Positions 58,701-64,000 of a DNA stretch of 64,000 nucleotides are shown piece by piece. The DNA comes from Lepidodermella squamata. Its lineage: Eukaryota; Animalia; Gastrotricha. Numbering within the stretch: position 1 is the stretch's first letter; every line of letters begins with the position of its first letter. The stretch covers positions 1,488,001-1,552,000 of the forward strand of contig JBLDXI010000054.1 of assembly GCA_047495785.1 (NCBI GenBank), given 5' to 3'. The notes beneath the pieces were generated by a model. The model was not told the origin of the DNA, searched no databases, and was given only the letters and a program-made list of their open reading frames with translations. A program made the position numbers and the translations under genes.

Positions 58701-61700
58701 TGTCATACCAGCGAAGAATACCGCATCGGTAGGTAACACTTGTTCGCCCAAAAAATTCAGGCATTTAAGGCGACTTTCCTGCGCAGCACATATCTTCTGC
58801 ACGCGCAAACAAATCGCACGCCAAAAATCAATTGTTAAATCAATTGTACCCCGCAATTATCACCCGAGGTCATACATAACACTTAAAACCCACAACTTCA
58901 CCGCGAAAGTATATTATTCCTTATGAATTGTTAATTTCTGAAGTTTGCTGTCGAAAAAAGAGTTTGATGATAGAAAAAGTAAATTTGATGTTAAAAAAAA
59001 TATTTTCCATCGACTCCATCGAGCTAAGATTTGCTAATTTTCGCGACGGTAAAAGCGGCTTATAAGCGGCGTTGCCATTCATCATGAATCATTGTTACAT
59101 TTATTCGTAAAAATTAAAATTAATCGTAGAAATATTCAAGTAATTTGATGGACACTTGAAATGCCGCATTTTACCGTGTAAGAAATTCCGCGCGATTATT
59201 TTATTCCCGCGTTTTGAAGAAACTTCAAATTATTCGCCGATCAAAGACAAAATGTCGTAATCGATCGGCCGCGAATTAAAAAAATATCGCGAAAATTACC
59301 ACGCTTACAATATTCGACGTACGAACTTCAATAGAACCAGAATCCTCACTCATTAGTAGCAGATACGGAATCATTCCTAACTATCATAATTTGCCATCAT
59401 CTGCCTTGGCGATGGTGCACTCCTCTGATTTTTTTCATGTCCGGCGCTGGAAGAAAAACTGCAAAAAACAACGCTAATTTGAATAATCGTAATTTTTTTC
59501 CGCTGAAGTATTGGTTCGATTGGTTCGTAGTTCGTAGTATAACGAAATTGAATGCGGTTACTGCGCGAATAAAAAATTAACGATTTAATATTTTTTGAAA
59601 CCTAAGCCTGAAGTCTTAGCCGCTGTTCCAAGGGAATAATGTCTTTTTAATTTCTTAAAAAAGGAACAAAATTAATGACTAAAGATGAAGTACGATTCCC
59701 TCGAATAAGAATATTTTTTTGCACCTGCCACTGAGCAACATCCAGTGGCGAAAAATCGGAAGCCTGTTATTTTATTTTCTATCAATTATTATTAATTATT
59801 TTCCGTTATTTTTTTAATGTTATTTTATCTAACATCTATTTCTAAAACAGGCTTCGAAAATCGCTGATATCAATTCGCTGCATAACCGCGAGGCGATGTC
59901 TACCATCGCTGATACTCGAACGCCCTCTATTGCCAGTGTTGTTCCTGTTCCTTCTGATGTAGCCGGAAATGAACAAATGGATTGCATGGCTGTGGGTGGA
60001 GATCTGTTCGAGCTTGCTCGAGATCCTCAACGGCAACAACCCGAACAGACCAGTCCTCATCGTGAACAGGCCGACGAGAACTTACCTCGGTCAAGGAGTG
60101 CTTCATCTAGCGGCGAAGAAATGGATTCTGATAATGAAAATGAATCGGATGGTGAATCTGAGCAGCAGATCAATGAAATTTCGATAACTGAAGTCGCTGC
60201 TTCATCCGCTGACCCGGTGAGTATAGCTTCTTTATATTTAATTCAATAAAATTGCTTTTCTCTTACAGAATCATATCGCGAACCTGACCCCGAAGATCAC
60301 ACCAGTGGATTACCTGAGATTCGTCGCGATGTCGTGCGGCCGAATGTTCCCCGAGGGCAAGAAAACGCTAGATAGCTTTAATGTACTGGTTACGAAGTCG
60401 GGTGGTGACGTTGGACGGGCGCTGGACGCCATGTTTCTCGACCTTGGACACGCCACCGCTGATTTTCCATCTTCGAACATGGCGCCCAAGGAGTGCGTAG
60501 CGGTCGTTGCATTCTCCGTTTCAAGGGGTGACATTATATGCTGGTCGCCTAGTCGCGAGAGGAATGGCTATGCGACTTACACCGCATATCCCGTTCACTC
60601 CATCTCGAATAAATGTGCGAATTCCAACGATTTGCTCGAGGCTATAACGGCTTTTGCGGTACAAGGTTACACAATAATCTTGGTCGTGCCAACATTTCCT
60701 AGCGACGTTCCCCGTTTGGGTCTTAATTTCGAGTCCTTTCGGCCGACTGATAAATTTACCGAGAACCGAAACTCGAAGAGACTTCATGATACGAGAGAGG
60801 CCGTAGCGTCTGCGGACGCCAAGAGAAGCGTTGAGTTTCTGCTTGCTAGCAAACAACTTCACGCCCTCGATGACGCCCTGCGTCAAGAATTCGGACCCGT
60901 GGACGGCTGTATTTACTGGGTGTTCGCTAAACAAAAAGGGTCCAGCGCTACCATTGAGGAGCTTCTCATTGTCGTTCAATTCCCAGATAGAACTTCGGCG
61001 TCTTCCTGGATGGATAAAACCGATGGGGTTTTGAAGATCGGCAATCTTATGGTGCATTCTTCGTGGTTAGACCGCCAGTTCCACCGGCCGGGCTCTTATT
61101 GCCTGATCCGTGATGCCTTTCGAGAACACGGCGTCTACGATGAGAAAAGTAACGCTTGGGCTCCATACGACCCTTCGCGTTTAAACGTTTACCGCCATTG
61201 GTTGATCGAGCTAGTCCCGTCTCTACTAAGTCCTGAACTCGATGACAAGGAATTGGATGAATTTGAAAACTTTTGTAGCCGGTCGATGATCGCTCAATTC
61301 TTACCAAGGTCAGTGAAGCATTCTAGCCTCCTACGGTGGCTGAGACAACAGCTTCCATCCACAACGCATCTGAAACTGAAGCTATACAACGACAACTTAT
61401 GTACAACAGCTTATGCTACCATCGAGTTCGATAATCGGCGTGAAATGCTCATTTCTATGCCCAATTTGATGCTGGAAGCCAAAATCAGTGACACGTTCGC
61501 GAAAAATTCTAGAATCGTGCTAGTCGAGGACATTGCAAAAGAAATTATGGCTTTCGAATCGCCTGAAAATGACGTGATTTGTGGATATTATATACTCGAC
61601 CTGCCTCTCCATGCCAGCCTTGAATTTCTTCGACGAATTATTCCCGAAAAGCGCGTCATCATCACCGACCTTCCGGGCTTCAAAACTAAAGCCGCATTTG

Positions 61701-62854
61701 TTTGTTGCGATTCACCGGCCGACCGCGATGAGGCCATTGCATCTCTGTCATCTGAAATTAAAGGATGTCGTATCATTCCGTATTGCGAAGATGCGGCTGT
61801 TATTCGCGATTTCTCAGACGGCCTGAAAAATGGGCGTTATAAGCGTCTTGTTTACGGTGCAGCGGGTTCGAAGGATATCAATGATGGCAGCTGCAGTGAA
61901 ACCGACGAAGAAGAAGATAATCGCCTGCCCGCAGCCGCTAATGTTTCGGATGCCTTTATTTTTCGCTTCCGTTCAACAACAATGTTGGAATCGATTGATA
62001 ATCCAGCCTCGTACGCAGCGCCCTTACATGATGCCTTGACAGCTTATGTTGTTTTCGAGTGCCTTCGAGGACAAATGGCCGTCGATTCGCTGAGCAGCAA
62101 TTGGTTTCTAAGCAATCTGTTCAATTATTTCAGCGGTCGTTTCGACCTAGCCACCTACGCCTTCCTTTCTCACATTTATGGCAAGGCATTTGTACGTGGC
62201 CATTGGAAGTACAGAAGAGCGACGTTGCAATACACACGAATGCGTAGCAATGTTCCACTTTGCGAAATGTCAACGGCGATGCATTGCCGCTACATATTAT
62301 TTCAATATTCCTTGAAAAATATGATGGCCTCCCGTGACACCAAAGCGATCAAGACCACTCTGACGGCGATGAGATGTTTGCATGAGACACGGCGCTGTCT
62401 TGGAAAAGAAATTGTACCTGCTATTGAATTTTTCGACCGTAGCAACAACGTTCTCGTGGGCCTATGTCATCGGCAATGTGCGAATTGCGTCGCCGGGAGG
62501 ATGGATCCGCAGTTTTGCGATACCATCAATTACTTGTCTCTGCTTCTCAATAATTTCATTTCAATCTCGGCGGCCTATATCTTGCTGATGCGGGATGGAT
62601 CTGGATCTTTTTACTGTGGAAGAACCACCGTTATCAGAACACGCTGGGCCAGGCATTGTAGCTTATTCATCGCCGCTCCTAATGATCCCAGTTTAGGCGA
62701 TCGCGTGCATGCTAAACTGGCCAAGTACAACTCTTGTAACCTGCCGGCGAGGCCCTTCCACGGGCTAATGTGGCGCATCGCCGAGGGCTCGAAGCTGCCG
62801 GATTTCGAAAGCTTCCTTCATCAACGGTTCCCTACTTGCCTTGGTATTAACTAA
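55760..62854 (+). CDS. ~1221-aa protein: helical repeat - acidic linker - 3 RRM-like domains - Zn knuckle - GIY-YIG endonuclease; exons 55760-55881, 56983-57199, 57262-57522, 57572-57685, 59851-60216, 60269-62854
   Basis: All five GT-AG introns are phase-consistent. RRM-like segments at ~60830-61080, 61286-61510 and 61580-61790. CHRQCANC, then AYILL..SFYCGRTTVIRTRWARH...FESFLHQRFPTCLGIN. Confidence 0.72.
56175..56659. mobile_element. pogo/Tigger-like MITE (family of 22768..23375), intronic
   Basis: TIRs CAGTGAAAGTTGT.TTAACCGGAC / GTCCGGTTTAAACAACTTTCACTG, TA TSD. Confidence 0.9.
57728..58010. mobile_element. MITE of the 617..783 family, intronic
   Basis: Long imperfect TIRs GCGGAACCGAAAGTGCCTATTGCGGAACC / GGTTCCGCAACAGGCAAATTCGGTTCCGC; TGA and TAA flanks. 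Confidence 0.75.
58215..59000. repeat. Foldback/MITE-like element with ~55-bp inverted repeats
   Basis: AACATCAAATTACTTTTTCTATCATCAAACTCTTTTTCAACAGCAAA at ~58243-58290 is mirrored at ~58944-58995. Termini and TSD unresolved. Confidence 0.6.
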
Positions 62855-64000
62855 TTATTTCTGGCTGTTGTGAAAATACCGCAATTATTGCTACATTGTC
62901 GAGTTGACTCATTTTTTCGACTTATTGACCTGAAATCTTCGTTATTAGCTGCCCACGTTATGCGTAAAACTCATAATTGAGCTGTTTATTATTTGGAGCC
63001 TTTCGTCGTTTTATTTTACTGCTGATACTGTCTTAAATCTTGATTTGTATATTTTTTTCATTCCATAAATGTCTCTCATTGCTATAAAAATAGCCGCGGG
63101 AATTTGAAAAAAAACTGCGAAGCTACACTTTCCAATTGTTGGAAACCATGCTCAAAAACATGTGAATATTTCAGACTTGTCAGTTACAATGATAACAGTT
63201 CACCTTTGTAAACGCACCCGGTTCTACTATCTAGCATCTTATCACTCGTCATTCTCCTTTTACTTGACGTTTTATAAATGTGAAGGCTTTGTTTCTCGGT
63301 TAATATTTCCATATAAACCAATTATGAAACCGAAAGAAAATATTCGCTCTGGTGTTGTGATAAGTGAGGCCAAATAAAAGTTTTCGGATGGAAATTTTCT
63401 TGTCTATTCAAGTGGATTTTTCACGGCCGTACAGCAGTCCTTCGATTATTTTCCTAATTCCAAAATGTCTGTAACTGGAAAAAATTCCGAAATAGTGTGT
63501 GTATGCGATTTCCAAAAAATCGTGAGTTTTTTTTCGAAATTTGCTCTCTGTTCGCTGTTGTCGATTGACTCGAAGTAGCGAAATTCGTCGAATCAGTTGT
63601 AGGCGATTAAAAAAGGACAGATGTCGTTTTCCAAAGTCGATAATCTAGTCTCTGGCGCTGTTCTACGAGAGTAAATAATTTTTATTATAAAATTGGATAT
63701 ATATTGGATATTATAAAACAGGAAAACAATTAATTAAAAACGAATTTTTGTGAGCCAAGCGCGCCGATTTTGTGGCATTACGCCTCTGAAAATAAGAAAA
63801 CGAGGATTCTAAGCTACCGTACAGCCCTTATTTTTCGCGCACCAAATATTATCGCGCAGATGCCTATTTTCACCCGGTTTAATTCGCGCGTTATATTTTC
63901 ACGCGGACATCTGTTGTCAGACTTGCCAATTTTTCCAATTTTTTAAATTTTATCAATGATTTTTCCGATTTTTTAAATTTTATCAATCATTTCTTTCGAT

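Overview
Eukaryotic DNA from a compact-genome invertebrate (inferred from ~50-bp GT-AG introns, AT-rich spacers and metazoan gene families; not prokaryotic, no CRISPR). Four zones. (1) 0.6-7.4 kb: three PIF/Harbinger elements stacked end-to-end on shared TTA target duplications (one autonomous, with Myb/SANT protein and DDE transposase) and a decayed pogo/Tigger element, between two TPR+pseudo-SET paralogues. (2) 11-46 kb: a receptor supercluster with three divergent GABA-B-like class C GPCRs and 8 intronless, compact Cys-loop ion-channel genes (6 intact, 2 pseudogenes, plus a relic) lacking the ACh aromatic cage and alternating between two subtypes. It also holds a duplicated cassette pairing an unrecognised secreted peptide with an orphan class A GPCR, and a bacterial-type GNAT. 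(3) 46-48 kb: an intron-containing gene with a SLATT-like 2TM domain. (4) From 48.6 kb: a tRNA-Ser(CGA) gene cut off at its anticodon stem, then a repeat-rich region with a perfect 36-bp array, an OB-fold-like gene and a ~1221-aa protein combining three RRM-like domains with a C-terminal Penelope-type Zn/GIY-YIG endonuclease and no recognisable RT. Domain calls come from reading motifs by eye, not from database searches.
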